Assembly: GCA_965227295.1 (NCBI GenBank)
Contig: OZ245742.1
Span: 4,416,001 to 4,480,000 of the forward strand
Length of the DNA stretch: 64,000 bases
From: Leptonemataceae bacterium
Lineage (GTDB): Bacteria; Spirochaetota; Leptospiria; Leptospirales; Leptonemataceae
Reading direction: 5' to 3'
The notes under the pieces are model-generated. The model had not been told where the DNA came from. It ran no database searches and was given only the letters and a program-made list of their open reading frames with translations. Shown here one piece after another: positions 9,557 to 19,906 of this stretch (positions are counted from its first letter, which is position 1; every line of letters starts with the position of its first letter). The position numbers were made by a program, and so were the translations under genes.

Positions 9557-10960
9557 ATGAACTCAAATTCGACATCCGCGGCCCTCGCGGTACAGGACGA
9601 TGCGCCCCGACAGAACTGGTCGCACATCAAGCAACAACTCAGCGCACGCATGCCCGAGGCGCTCTTCCGCACGTTCATTGAACCCCTGCGCCCGACCGAC
9701 GAAGACGACTCACGGCTCGTGCTGATCGCTCCGTCCGCCGGCTTGAAGCGTCACGTCGAGGTCCGTTACCTGCATCTCATCGAAGAGTGCCTGCGTGATA
9801 CTCCGCTCGCCGATCGCATTGACATTCGCACGCCGGAAGAAGGGGATCAGCCGATCACCGCCCGTGCTCAGGCATCGCTGCGCTCCGGTCCCTTTCACGA
9901 AAGTGAAACGGAAACGAACGCCGTGCGCCCCACACTGCCGGATGCGAAACCGCCCAGCTTTCATTTGCCGGGCCACTATCCGGCCGGCTGCAATCGCCGG
10001 GAACTGGATCTGCTCTGGCGCGGCGAACCACGCTCCGGCGTGTTCACGATCTACGGCCTGCCCGGTTCGGGAAAGACCTCCGTGGTCCGGGCCCTGGTCG
10101 AGGATCGACTGAGCCGTGGTATGAAAGCACGCTACATGACCGCCGAGGATTTCCTGACCGAATTCAGCCTCAGTTGCCGCAAGCAAGACAGCCTCACCTG
10201 GCGCGGTGAGATTCGCTCCCACGAACTCTTAATCATCGACGATTTTCAGTTTATCAAACCCCAGGCAATTCGTTCGCAGGAAGAACTCCAGTACATCGCC
10301 GATGAGTTCCTGGAACAGGGACGACTCCTGGTCCTCTGCCTGGACCGCCGCCCCGATCACGGCGGGGAAGGCAGCGGTCTCAGTCCCGGTCTGGAATCTC
10401 GCATCCGCTCCGGACATCGCCTGGAGCTGGCCTATCCGGAGCAGGCTCAACGCGAGCAGATCCTCCGCGACGCCGCGGGCGAGACCGGTCTCACGGACGA
10501 GCAACTCGCCTATCTCGCGGGCCGCATCCAGCGGGATATGCGCCGCCTGAAAGCCGCGGCACGGCGTCTCCGGCACGGCGTCTCCATGAAAGGCGGCGGC
10601 CCGGGCCTGGCCTGGGATAACGCGGAACTGGACCAACTGTGCCAGGATCTCTACACCAAACGCCCGCGAGTGGACCCGGATCGCCTCCTCCAGGCCGTGG
10701 CCGATTTCTTCCAGCTACAGACCGACGCCATCCGCGGTCCGTCCCGGGATAAAAAACATGCCCTCGCCCGGCACCTCACGGCCTATCTTTGCATTGAATA
10801 TCTTCAAATGAATCTGAAAGACACGGCCACGCTGATCGGTCGGCGGGAGCACGGGACGGTCAGCCATGCTTGCAAAAAGATTACCGGGCTACTGGAACGG
10901 GACCTCTTCTTCCACGGCCAGGTACGCGAGTTGATCGGACGGCTCTTCGCCGATTCCTGA
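9557..10960 (+). CDS. DnaA-family AAA+ protein (divergent DnaA paralog)
   Basis: Domain I-like W..IK..L..F.TFIEPL; Walker A GLPGSGKT; Walker B LIIDDFQF; domain IV-like ARHLTAYL..IGRREHGTVSHACKKI; no dnaN nearby. Confidence 0.85.
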   Translation: MNSNSTSAALAVQDDAPRQNWSHIKQQLSARMPEALFRTFIEPLRPTDEDDSRLVLIAPSAGLKRHVEVRYLHLIEECLRDTPLADRIDIRTPEEGDQPITARAQASLRSGPFHESETETNAVRPTLPDAKPPSFHLPGHYPAGCNRRELDLLWRGEPRSGVFTIYGLPGSGKTSVVRALVEDRLSRGMKARYMTAEDFLTEFSLSCRKQDSLTWRGEIRSHELLIIDDFQFIKPQAIRSQEELQYIADEFLEQGRLLVLCLDRRPDHGGEGSGLSPGLESRIRSGHRLELAYPEQAQREQILRDAAGETGLTDEQLAYLAGRIQRDMRRLKAAARRLRHGVSMKGGGPGLAWDNAELDQLCQDLYTKRPRVDPDRLLQAVADFFQLQTDAIRGPSRDKKHALARHLTAYLCIEYLQMNLKDTATLIGRREHGTVSHACKKITGLLERDLFFHGQVRELIGRLFADS

Positions 10961-11083
10961 AGCGCGACAAACGGCAAAAAACGTCCCGCCGGAGGGAAAT
11001 TCCGTCGAATTTCGGCCCGGATGGGCCATAATTTTTTGCCGGGATATTTACCCGGAGGGCCGAAATTCCGTCATACTATATGT

Positions 11084-11923
11084 ATGGAACATAATCGCCC
11101 TGCCCTCTTTTACTTTCAGACCCGCGCCCTTTCCGCGCTCTTCGGTGGCCTGCTTTTTTTTCACGCCGGCGCTTCCACGATCGCCAGCCAGCCCACGCCG
11201 CCGCGCCAGGTTCCGGCCGACGCACAGTTCGTATCCAACGGCAAGGTCTGGGTCCTCGAGAAAGACAATCGGCAGATCGTTTGGTACCAGGACGGTACGA
11301 AGAAGGCCGAGGGGGAGTACCGCCAGGGGCAGCGTGAGGGCGAGTGGGTTTTCTGGTTTCCCAACGGCAACAAGAAGGGCGAAGGCAAATTCGAAGCCAA
11401 TCTCAAAGAAGGCCCCTGGAAGCTCTATCGCAAGGGCGGCACGGTCTATGCCCAGGGCGAGTACAAACGCAACCGCCGCGAAGGTGTCTGGGAGTTCCTC
11501 TACGGCAACGGCAAGCTGGAGGCGAAGGGGCCGTACAAGGACGGGCAGAAACACGGCGAATGGGTGAACTACTACCAGGACGGTCAGGTCTTCTGGAAAG
11601 GCGCCTACAAGAACGACGACGCCGACGGCCGCTGGACCTACTACTTCGCCAACGGCAAACCGTACCAGCAGGGTAACTTCAAGAACGATCTACGCGTGGG
11701 CGAGTGGACCGTATGCATCCAGCCCGGCGGCCCCTGCGCGAAACAGAACTATCGCAGCGGCGAGACGCCCCGGACCATGCGCATTGATCCCGGTAGCGTC
11801 AGCGGGGATTCGAAGCGCCGTCCCACAGATACGAACGATCCCGGAGCCGTCCTCGATTCCCTGGACAGCGGCCCGGTGCCCGACGAGGTCCCGCCTTCCG
11901 TACGCAAGGGCTGGCAGGAATAA
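11084..11923 (+). CDS. MORN-variant repeat (YwqK-like) exported protein
   Basis: Repeated G-x-W-x-x-[YW]-x-x-NG-x-K-x-x-EG-x-Y units after an N-terminal hydrophobic segment. Confidence 0.85.
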   Translation: MEHNRPALFYFQTRALSALFGGLLFFHAGASTIASQPTPPRQVPADAQFVSNGKVWVLEKDNRQIVWYQDGTKKAEGEYRQGQREGEWVFWFPNGNKKGEGKFEANLKEGPWKLYRKGGTVYAQGEYKRNRREGVWEFLYGNGKLEAKGPYKDGQKHGEWVNYYQDGQVFWKGAYKNDDADGRWTYYFANGKPYQQGNFKNDLRVGEWTVCIQPGGPCAKQNYRSGETPRTMRIDPGSVSGDSKRRPTDTNDPGAVLDSLDSGPVPDEVPPSVRKGWQE

Positions 11924-11926
11924 GCC

Positions 11927-12262
11927 TTACTTCAGGTACTTTATTTCCCACGGGCGGCAGGCATAGGTTCGCACGGGCCGGCCGTCGTCCTCGAACTTCA
12001 GGATCTGCACAAACTGTTCGCCTTTCTTCAAGCACGCCCCGCATAGAAACGGCCGGGGCGTGAGTTCACAAAAACGGGCGTCGTAGATTTCGTAGGGGCG
12101 AACCACGGGCGCGGCGAAGACCAACACCGGCAGGCCGAGCAAGGCAAGCCCCGCGCACAACGGAAAGCTGATTCGCCGGAGCAAAACGCGCTGTTTTTGT
12201 TTGCAGTCATGCCCGCTCCGCCGTACAGGTTTTACGGCATGGATTTCCCCGACTTTCCTCAT
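11927..12262 (-). CDS. Small hypothetical exported Cys-containing protein (start uncertain)
   Basis: Fills the gap between two + strand genes; hydrophobic segment followed by CGAC. Confidence 0.45.
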   Translation of the reverse strand: MRKVGEIHAVKPVRRSGHDCKQKQRVLLRRISFPLCAGLALLGLPVLVFAAPVVRPYEIYDARFCELTPRPFLCGACLKKGEQFVQILKFEDDGRPVRTYACRPWEIKYLK

Positions 12263-13186
12263 GTGAACATTCTCGACGCGGATCAGTTTTCTCGTAAGGA
12301 CTTAGAGACCATCCTGGACTATTCGGCCCGCCTGGAACGGCTCCAGAGTTCCGGCGGGGCCTTCGGCCTCCTGGAAGGCCGGGTGCTGGCCTCACTGTTC
12401 TTCGAGTCCTCCACACGCACGCGACTCAGCTTCGAGACGGCCATGAACCGCCTCGGCGGCCGGGTCATCTCTACGGTGGGTTTTCAGTTTTCTTCGATCA
12501 GCAAAGGCGAGACACTCTACGACACCATGAAAATGATCGAAGCCTACTCGGACATTGCAGTCATCCGCCATCCGGTGGAAGGCTCCAGCCGCATCGCCTC
12601 GGCCGCGGTGGATATTCCGGTCATTAACGCCGGTGACGGCAGCGGTCAGCATCCGACCCAGGCCCTTCTCGATCTTTATACGATTTTCAAAGAGCGCGGC
12701 GGTGTAGACGGCCTGCGCGTGGCGTTCATCGGGGATTTGAAGTTCGGCCGCACGATTCACAGCCTCATCAAACTCCTGTACAACTATGACGTGGAACTGG
12801 TACTCATCTCCCCCGTGGACCTGGCCATTCCCGAGGCCTACCGGCGAGAGATGCGCAAGAACGATGTGGACTTCGACGAGACCGAGGATCTCAAAGCGAT
12901 CTGGGACTGCGACGTAGCGTACGTCACGCGCATTCAGGAAGAACGGTTCGTCGATCGCTCGGAGTATGAACGCCTGAAAAATAGCTACGTGGTAAATCGG
13001 GCCTTCGTGCAGGCCTCCCGGAAAGATACATTGATTATGCATCCCCTGCCCCGGGTCAACGAACTGAGCACCGACGTGGACGATCTGCCCAATGCCGCCT
13101 ACTTTCGCATGGCCGGCAACGGTGTCATCGTGCGCATGGCATTGCTCATGCTCTGCATGCAGGTGCCGCTGCCGCCGGCGGCATGA
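12239..13186 (+). CDS. pyrB: Aspartate carbamoyltransferase catalytic subunit
   Basis: [38 protein letters not shown]. Confidence 0.96.
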   Translation: MDFPDFPHVNILDADQFSRKDLETILDYSARLERLQSSGGAFGLLEGRVLASLFFESSTRTRLSFETAMNRLGGRVISTVGFQFSSISKGETLYDTMKMIEAYSDIAVIRHPVEGSSRIASAAVDIPVINAGDGSGQHPTQALLDLYTIFKERGGVDGLRVAFIGDLKFGRTIHSLIKLLYNYDVELVLISPVDLAIPEAYRREMRKNDVDFDETEDLKAIWDCDVAYVTRIQEERFVDRSEYERLKNSYVVNRAFVQASRKDTLIMHPLPRVNELSTDVDDLPNAAYFRMAGNGVIVRMALLMLCMQVPLPPAA

Positions 13187-13199
13187 GGGAACAGCAAAT

Positions 13200-14090
13200 T
13201 CACGGGGCGGCGTCTTCGCCCAGCACTCGAATCAAGTCTTCCCGCGGCACCGGTTCACCACGTTGTAGACGCCGCAGCACCTCTTCGCGGCTTAGTCGAC
13301 GTTCATAAACAGTTGACGGCTGCCAGTTATTCGGAACCACCGCGTCCCCGGGTTTCACCGTTCCGCTGAGAACGCTTACCTGGGTGAATCCATCCACAAG
13401 TGCGTTGACCTTCAATCGGGCCCGATCACCGGCACCGCTAAAACCTTCACGCACGGCGTCGGCGACGCTCATGCTCGGGCTGAACGTGGCGAAAACGGCT
13501 TCGCGGCCGTCCGGACTGACATAGAGTACCACGCCCACATCCGTCTCGGCAACGTGCACCGTTTCACCGTTGACTTCGGCCGGCGGCAGCAGGCGGTGCA
13601 AACGATAGTCATCTCCGGCGAGGATGCGCCCGCCGTCCTCAAAACGCAGGAGATCCAGGGTGCTGGTCTCTTCCGCGGAACGGTCCACCTTCTCGGGCTG
13701 GAAATCCTTCACCGGCCAGAATTCCTCGCTTTCCGTATCGCTGTTGTCTCGCCAGCCGTTCGTGAAACGTTCCTGAATGAGCAGAGCCTCGGTCTTTGAG
13801 GTATCTACGTACCCGGTTCGGCGGACAAAGAACATCCGCTTACCGTTTACCAGAAGGTTCCGCCGGTGAAACTGAAAGAGAACGAAACGGTAAGGATAGT
13901 CAGCGTTACCGGGCGAGCTGATATACACCATCCGCCCGCGATCCACGTCTGCCCTGAAGCCCTCGCCGATCCAGAGGCCTTCGATGGGATACTCCGGCAA
14001 TGCCGCCGGGCCGCTCAGTTTCAGAGAACAGGATGAGACCAGGAGGGACAGCGTTCCGACGCTCAGTGCTCCGAGAATTTTTCGCCACAT
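13200..14090 (-). CDS. Hypothetical lipoprotein
   Basis: MWRKILG..LLVSSC lipobox. Confidence 0.7.
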   Translation of the reverse strand: MWRKILGALSVGTLSLLVSSCSLKLSGPAALPEYPIEGLWIGEGFRADVDRGRMVYISSPGNADYPYRFVLFQFHRRNLLVNGKRMFFVRRTGYVDTSKTEALLIQERFTNGWRDNSDTESEEFWPVKDFQPEKVDRSAEETSTLDLLRFEDGGRILAGDDYRLHRLLPPAEVNGETVHVAETDVGVVLYVSPDGREAVFATFSPSMSVADAVREGFSGAGDRARLKVNALVDGFTQVSVLSGTVKPGDAVVPNNWQPSTVYERRLSREEVLRRLQRGEPVPREDLIRVLGEDAAP

Positions 14091-14153
14091 GATTTCCACT
14101 GGTCCGCTCTGGTCAGGAGTTTCGAGCAAGAAACGGCGGAGGGGGAAAAATAA

Positions 14154-14978
14154 TTGACCAACATGCTAATCATGCGATTAGTATGCGCAGTGAAGAAAGA
14201 CTGGAACGGGAAAGAGCCACGCTACAAAATTCTGAACTGCCCGGAAGACGCGGAACTGGAGGAAATCCTGGCCGTCCTGCTGTCCACCGGCTCCGGCCGT
14301 CAGGGTGTCATGGAAGTCGCCCGGGGACTGGCCCGCCTGGCACGGCAAAACGGGGGCTTCATGAACCTGGGCCCCCTGGCTTTGACGTCGGTTCGCGGAG
14401 TGGGCCGGGCCCAGGCGGCAAGAATCCTGGCGGCCATTGAGCTGGCCCGGCGCGAAAATGCGGGGACCATCGTCCCCGGTACCAGGATCAGCCCCCGCCA
14501 GGTCGCCCGCTGGCTTCATTACCAATTAGAAGGCCGGGAGTACGAATTCTTTTTCTTGTTCAGCTTCAATCGTCACTACGGGCTCATCCAGTACCATCGC
14601 CTGGCCCGGGGATCGGCCGATGCAGTCCAGGTCTACTATCGGGACATGCTGCGCACACTACTCAACGATCGAGCCTCGGGGGCCATCATTGCGCACAATC
14701 ACCCGGAGGGCAGTGCACGTCCAGGGCACACCGATCTGGAGAGTATGGACCGCCTGAGCACACTCTTACAGGACGTGGGCATTCGTCTCCTCGATCAATA
14801 CGTGGTCGGGGAAGACGGAGTCTACTCCTGCCGCCTGGACTGCTACGTGCCTCTGGACGAACCGCTCAGCCGCGGAGAAACCGATCTGTTCCAGGCCTGG
14901 GCCACTTTCGCCCCGCAACCGGCCGGTGCGGACACGAAAATTCAATATGCAAATCCCGCGTCCGCGGCAATTCTGTAA
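14154..14978 (+). CDS. radC: RadC/JAB-domain protein
   Basis: ELEEILAVLL; HhH-like VRGVGRAQAARILAAIELARR; IIAHNHPEG..PGHTD; IRLLD. Confidence 0.85.
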   Translation: MTNMLIMRLVCAVKKDWNGKEPRYKILNCPEDAELEEILAVLLSTGSGRQGVMEVARGLARLARQNGGFMNLGPLALTSVRGVGRAQAARILAAIELARRENAGTIVPGTRISPRQVARWLHYQLEGREYEFFFLFSFNRHYGLIQYHRLARGSADAVQVYYRDMLRTLLNDRASGAIIAHNHPEGSARPGHTDLESMDRLSTLLQDVGIRLLDQYVVGEDGVYSCRLDCYVPLDEPLSRGETDLFQAWATFAPQPAGADTKIQYANPASAAIL

Positions 14979-15004
14979 CATCCTTTCATTCGCGGGCAGG
15001 AACT

Positions 15005-15922
15005 GTGGCGTACGAGTACCGAACCGGAACCTTTCAAGCACACGACGGACTGGCACTCTTCTTTCAGTGCTGGATCGCCAATCCGGACCAACCGGAGCGC
15101 AGCCTCGTCATACACCACGGACTGGGAGAACACAGTGGTCGCTACCAGCCCGTGGTGGACGCCTTCGACGGCGAAAGCGTGAACATCTTCACCTTCGACG
15201 CGCGGGGCCACGGACGCAGCCCCGGCAAACGCGGCGACATCCGGCGTTTCCTCGACCTGGTCAACGACCTCGAGTGCTTTTTCGAGTTTCTCAAAGATGA
15301 ATTCGGCGTCGTGCGGCCGATTCTCCTCGGGCATTCCATGGGCGGCCTGGTGGCTCTGGGATTTACTGTCCATCACTCGAATCAGTGGCACATCCGGGCC
15401 GTCGTTACCAGCGGAGCAGCTCTGCGCCCGCATCTGGACTTTTCACAGAAAATCAAAACCGAGGTGGGCAAGATTCTGCACGCCTTTTCGCCCGGTCTCA
15501 CCCTGCCCACGGGTCTGCCACCGACGTATCTCAGCCACGACCCCTCGGTCGCCGAGGACTACGACCGCGATCCTCTCACCCACAGCGTCATCAGCATCCG
15601 CATGGCCCTGTCCTTGATGCATGCCGGTGAAGATGTCCTGGCTCGCGCGACAAAACTCAAGATCCCGGTATTTATCACCCATGGCGACGCCGACCCCATC
15701 GTCGACGTCAACGGCTCTTTGGAATTCTATCAGCGCTGTGTCTCAAAGGATCGCGATCTACAGCTCTACCCGGGCCTCTTCCACGAAATCTACAACGAAA
15801 CCCCGGCGGAACGGGAACGGGTCCTGTCGGATCTGCGCCGCTGGGTCGTGGAACACCTCCCCGAAGCGCAGAAAATGCCGGACGAGGCCGCTGTTCTCAC
15901 TGAAACCATGAAAAAATCTTGA
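15005..15922 (+). CDS. Alpha/beta hydrolase (lysophospholipase/monoacylglycerol lipase family)
   Basis: HGLGEHSGRY, DARGHGRS, GHSMGG, HGDAD, FHE. Confidence 0.9.
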   Translation: MAYEYRTGTFQAHDGLALFFQCWIANPDQPERSLVIHHGLGEHSGRYQPVVDAFDGESVNIFTFDARGHGRSPGKRGDIRRFLDLVNDLECFFEFLKDEFGVVRPILLGHSMGGLVALGFTVHHSNQWHIRAVVTSGAALRPHLDFSQKIKTEVGKILHAFSPGLTLPTGLPPTYLSHDPSVAEDYDRDPLTHSVISIRMALSLMHAGEDVLARATKLKIPVFITHGDADPIVDVNGSLEFYQRCVSKDRDLQLYPGLFHEIYNETPAERERVLSDLRRWVVEHLPEAQKMPDEAAVLTETMKKS

Positions 15923-16027
15923 ATTCGTGGACTTTTTGTGAAAAATCTGAATTCCTTGTTGACGGATTAAGCGGCGCACAAAATCTTAGTGCATCGCACA
16001 AAAAACACCACGCGGAGATGTAACAAC

Positions 16028-16414
16028 ATGGAGAAAGTCCTTCACGATATTCTGAACGCCGGAATCGCACTGTTTCGTGCCGGCGAAGATTCTATGAACA
16101 ACGCTGTAAAAGAAGTACAGCGCACGTTCGACGAACTGAAAGAAAAAGGCGCCGCCGATTCCAGCGAAGCCGCAGTGCAACTGCGCAAAGCTCTGGACGA
16201 CATCGTCCAGCAGGCGAACGAACTCGGCTCGAAAGCCGACACCGCCTACGCGGACAGCCTCAAGCAACTGCAGGGCCTCTACGATCAGGCCATCGATCAG
16301 ATCAAAACGATTGTTCCGGAGGATCGCCTGACCGAACTCAAGGACAAAATCGAAGAACTGCGCAAAGTCATCGACGAGCGCATCAACGAAATTCGTGGCG
16401 GCGCAGCCGGCTGA
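16028..16414 (+). CDS. Hypothetical helical (phasin-like) protein
   Basis: Amphipathic helical ORF followed by an intrinsic terminator. Confidence 0.75.
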   Translation: MEKVLHDILNAGIALFRAGEDSMNNAVKEVQRTFDELKEKGAADSSEAAVQLRKALDDIVQQANELGSKADTAYADSLKQLQGLYDQAIDQIKTIVPEDRLTELKDKIEELRKVIDERINEIRGGAAG

Positions 16415-16437
16415 TTCGCAGCTTCTGTGAGTCGAAC

Positions 16438-16466
16438 AAACCCGGGCAGCCTTGCCCGGGTTTTTT
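16438..16466 (+). terminator. Intrinsic terminator
   Basis: AAACCCGGGCA-GCCT-TGCCCGGGTTTTTT. Confidence 0.85.
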
Positions 16467-16505
16467 ATTGCGCGCACCGTCGCAGGCGTCGCTTTATTAC
16501 TGCCT

Positions 16506-16931
16506 ATGAACGCTCAGCCCGACAGTTACGATGATCGCCAGGATCACATTCCTTCGCTCTCGTTGCCGGACATCGACGTCTTTCGCAACGTCTATCAGGG
16601 CAGCGACTACCGCGTGGATTTCGAGATCCCCGAATTCACCGCCGTGTGCCCTAAGACCGGCCTGCCCGACTTCGGCATCTTTTACATTTCGTACAAACCC
16701 GATGAATTCTGCCTGGAATTGAAGAGCCTCAAGGAGTACTTCACCGCGTATCGTGGCGTCGGCATCTTTCATGAAAACGTCGTCAATCGCGTGCGGGATG
16801 ATATCGTGCGCGCCTGCGCTCCGCTCTGGTTGCGCATTCATGCCGATTATAATGTACGCGGCGGCATCAAGACGCGGGTGTCCACGGCGTATCATCGCCC
16901 GGCGAGCACCGAACGAAAGCCCTCCACGTAA
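16506..16931 (+). CDS. queF: PreQ1 synthase (7-cyano-7-deazaguanine reductase)
   Basis: EFTAVCPKTGLPDF, ELKSLKEY, FHE, RGGI. Confidence 0.93.
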   Translation: MNAQPDSYDDRQDHIPSLSLPDIDVFRNVYQGSDYRVDFEIPEFTAVCPKTGLPDFGIFYISYKPDEFCLELKSLKEYFTAYRGVGIFHENVVNRVRDDIVRACAPLWLRIHADYNVRGGIKTRVSTAYHRPASTERKPST

Positions 16932-17701
16932 GTCGGGAAACGATACTCGCCGTTCAGCAGATCCTTCGCGTAGAGACTGCGCACCCGACGACCGCTCGCA
17001 GCTTCCTCACGCCAGGGACCGGGCACGGTGATGCCCAATTCGTTTTCGAGGAACGCAAAGACCTCGCGGTTCTCCGTGGGACGTTCGTCGACACCGTGCA
17101 CCACGTCGGGAACTTCGATTGCGGTGTTCTGTAGCTGCACGACCATCGCCAGGAAGAGCCGCACAAGATCGTGTACGTGAATGCGCGAAACCCAGGCGTT
17201 CCCGCTCTGTGTGCGCCGAAAGTTTCCGTCGCGAAATTGCAGGGCCACGCTGCGACCCGGCCCGTAAATACCCGCGGATCGCAGGATGCGGGCCTGCGGA
17301 TACGCTGTACGGATCTTTTCTTCCAGGCGCAGCCGGCGCTCGCCGCGCTCCTGCCCCGGCGCGGGCGGAGATGTTTCATCGTACCACTCTCCTGATTCTC
17401 CGGGCGGGAGGACCGAGGTCGAACTGACATGGACGTACGGGATCGGGCCGTGGCGTTCAAAGAGTTCGCTGATGGCTTCGTGATACGGTACCGGCGCAAG
17501 ATCGCCCGCCTCGTTCACAACTACGGCGGGTACCGTATCGAGGACGGCGGCAGGAGCTTCAACACTGTGCGCATCGTACGCTGGATAACCCGAGCGTTGG
17601 AGTTCCCCGGGACTGCGGCTGAGAAACCGGACTGTGTGTTCCGGAAAATGCGTCGCAAGATAACGCCCCGTAAAGCTTGCTCCCAGGCAGAGGATTTTCA
17701 T
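16892..17701 (-). CDS. NAD-dependent epimerase/dehydratase (atypical SDR)
   Basis: MKILCLGASFTG, HVSSTSV, LRSAGIYGPGR, SRIHVHDL. Confidence 0.85.
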   Translation of the reverse strand: MKILCLGASFTGRYLATHFPEHTVRFLSRSPGELQRSGYPAYDAHSVEAPAAVLDTVPAVVVNEAGDLAPVPYHEAISELFERHGPIPYVHVSSTSVLPPGESGEWYDETSPPAPGQERGERRLRLEEKIRTAYPQARILRSAGIYGPGRSVALQFRDGNFRRTQSGNAWVSRIHVHDLVRLFLAMVVQLQNTAIEVPDVVHGVDERPTENREVFAFLENELGITVPGPWREEAASGRRVRSLYAKDLLNGEYRFPTYVEGFRSVLAGR

Positions 17702-17710
17702 ACTGACTCC

Positions 17711-18421
17711 ATGCGGTTTGTCCTGCTCTCCGGATTGCCCGTGTTGATCGTCACAGCGCTGTCGCTCTGGCAAAGCACCGCGTTCCGGAACGATCTCGCC
17801 GGCCATATCTTGCGCAGTGGCCGCCTGGTCCTTTCCTCCGGCGACTTCATTCATCATAAAAGCGATCCGCAGCGGAACGGCAACGACGATCACGTGATCG
17901 ACGGCGATCTGGAAAGCGCGGCGGTGCTGCTGTACCCGTCTCCACATCCGCAGGGGACCTGGTTGTTGATCGATCTGGGACTGAGCCACTGGCCGGCGCC
18001 GGAGTCCGATGCAGCGCCGCGGCCGCGGAAACCGGCCTACGTTGAAATTTTTAACGGCCCGTGTACGCGCTGCGACGGGACTCGCTTTCGCAGCCATGGG
18101 CGCTGGAAGTCGGTGCGCGTGGAACTCCTGGCCCGCCGGGCTAACGTGATGGACGAGGAGTATGTGATTCCACCGGAGGAAGTCCTGTGGTCGCGATTGA
18201 TCCGTCTGCCCGACGCCCCGGGACCGGAACGCCTGGATCTCAGTGATGTGCCGCAGGCACCGCCGAGTTCGGGCTGGCCGGAGAACATGAGTTATATTCG
18301 CATTAAGTTTACCGCGCTGGATGTTTATCCGGGTGAACGCTTTGATGATCGCATTGCCCTGAGTGAGATCGTCTACGCGGACGTCGATCCGGAAAGCGGC
18401 GCGATCTTTCGTTGGGAGTGA
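17711..18421 (+). CDS. Hypothetical exported protein, possible discoidin/carbohydrate-binding-like fold
   Basis: Signal peptide; IDGDLESA and DVYPGERFDDRIALSEI motifs. Confidence 0.6.
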   Translation: MRFVLLSGLPVLIVTALSLWQSTAFRNDLAGHILRSGRLVLSSGDFIHHKSDPQRNGNDDHVIDGDLESAAVLLYPSPHPQGTWLLIDLGLSHWPAPESDAAPRPRKPAYVEIFNGPCTRCDGTRFRSHGRWKSVRVELLARRANVMDEEYVIPPEEVLWSRLIRLPDAPGPERLDLSDVPQAPPSSGWPENMSYIRIKFTALDVYPGERFDDRIALSEIVYADVDPESGAIFRWE

Positions 18422-18425
18422 TGAT

Positions 18426-19259
18426 ATGAGCAGTACCATTCGTGAAGCAGGCCACAGTCCCTTACGTTATCCGAAGGACTGGATCGTTAAACATAAGAGC
18501 GGCGACAAAATCAGCGTGCTCACCGCTTACGATGCGACGATGGCCCGATTGCTCGCGCGTTCCTCCGTGGATGCCCTGCTGGTCGGCGACTCCCTCGGCA
18601 TGGTGGTCCAGGGCCAAACGTCGACGCTCCCGGTCACGCTGGATGAAATGATCTATCACTGTAAGCTGGTCCGCCGGGGCGCACCGGGGCACTTCGTGAT
18701 CGGTGACATGCCCTTCGGCACGTATCAGTCCGGTGTGGACTCAGGGGTCGCGGCGGCCATCCGCGTAATGAAGGAGGCCGGCACCAGCGCCGTAAAGTTC
18801 GAAGGTGCCGATCCGCTCACGCTGGAAATCATACGCCGGCTGACCGCCGCCGGGGTCCCGGTAATGGGTCACACGGGTCTGACCCCGCAGAGTTATTTGA
18901 GTACCGGCGGTTTTCGCGTCCAGGGCAAAGACGAGGCCGGTGCCGGACGACTAAAAGAAGATGCGCGTAAGTTAGAAGAGGCCGGCTGTTTTTCCATGGT
19001 CCTGGAACTCGTGCCGCTGTCGCTGGGAAAAGAGATAACGGCGGCCTCGGGGATCCCCACGATCGGTATCGGGGCGGGCAACGAATGCTCCGGCCAGGTC
19101 CTGGTAATCAACGATCTCCTGGGAATGGATACGGACTTCAAACCCCGCCACGTTAAACAATACGCCGGGATGGGTCAGGCAATCATCGATGCCGCCGAAA
19201 GCTACTGCGAAGAAGTGCGCGATCGCAGCTTTCCGTCCGCGGAAAATTCCTTTCGTTGA
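18426..19259 (+). CDS. panB: 3-methyl-2-oxobutanoate hydroxymethyltransferase
   Basis: LTAYD, LVGDSLGM, DMPF, VKFEG, GHTGLTPQ, GIGAG. Confidence 0.96.
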   Translation: MSSTIREAGHSPLRYPKDWIVKHKSGDKISVLTAYDATMARLLARSSVDALLVGDSLGMVVQGQTSTLPVTLDEMIYHCKLVRRGAPGHFVIGDMPFGTYQSGVDSGVAAAIRVMKEAGTSAVKFEGADPLTLEIIRRLTAAGVPVMGHTGLTPQSYLSTGGFRVQGKDEAGAGRLKEDARKLEEAGCFSMVLELVPLSLGKEITAASGIPTIGIGAGNECSGQVLVINDLLGMDTDFKPRHVKQYAGMGQAIIDAAESYCEEVRDRSFPSAENSFR

Positions 19260-19262
19260 AAC

Positions 19263-19880
19263 TCAGGGACGCCAGTCGTTTTCGTTCCAGAGTTGGTCCG
19301 TGGAGATGCTATTCGTATTCGCGTCGTAAGAGCGCGCCGCACGTTCCATGCGCCGCCGTTCTTCCGTGCTCTTCTGGCCGGCTTCTTCCGGCGCAGTGCC
19401 GTCGCTGCGCGATTCCGCCCCCGGTACCGGCGGCATGGAACGCGTGAGCTGTTCGTACATGGCCTTGCCGAGATCAAAACCGTCGCTTTTCGCCACGGAC
19501 TTCGCGTACTCGTCGTAGAGCATATCCTCGAAGACTTCCTGTCGAAAACCACCGTGCAGAAGATTATTCTCCGGCTTCAGGTTCTTGCGCATGGACTTGA
19601 ACATCATGTTGATGAACATGGCCTCGAACTCTTCGGCGGCATCGTAGAGGCGGCGGCGCTGCGGATCGCGTTCCAGTTCGGCTTCGATGTCGACTTCCCG
19701 ACGGACCTGCCCGGAGGCGACAGTGCCCTCTTCCTGTAACACGGGAAAGTATCGTTCCAGTTCCGCGCGCTGCGGCGTGGACGCCGGGCCGACAGCGGCC
19801 TGTCCCTGCCGGGCGATTGCGGGAGGTACGTTAGCACCGGGGATGCGTGCTTTTGCTGCTTCTATGCTCAAGGGATTCAT
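19263..19880 (-). CDS. flgJ: FlgJ-type rod-binding protein (no muramidase domain)
   Basis: AEEFEAMFINMMFKSMR..FEDMLYDEYA; lies downstream of flgI. Confidence 0.85.
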   Translation of the reverse strand: MNPLSIEAAKARIPGANVPPAIARQGQAAVGPASTPQRAELERYFPVLQEEGTVASGQVRREVDIEAELERDPQRRRLYDAAEEFEAMFINMMFKSMRKNLKPENNLLHGGFRQEVFEDMLYDEYAKSVAKSDGFDLGKAMYEQLTRSMPPVPGAESRSDGTAPEEAGQKSTEERRRMERAARSYDANTNSISTDQLWNENDWRP

Positions 19881-19906
19881 TCGTTTTCTCTAATATTTGT
19901 TAATGT

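Noticed and set aside
11084..11923. Toxin-antitoxin system based on the YwqK-like label
   Set aside because: Only MORN-variant repeats with an export signal; there is no adjacent toxin
5005..16931. queD/queF as part of a 7-deazaguanine DNA-modification (dpd) island
   Set aside because: The genes are dispersed among housekeeping genes with no dpdA/tgt-like gene, consistent with ordinary queuosine synthesis
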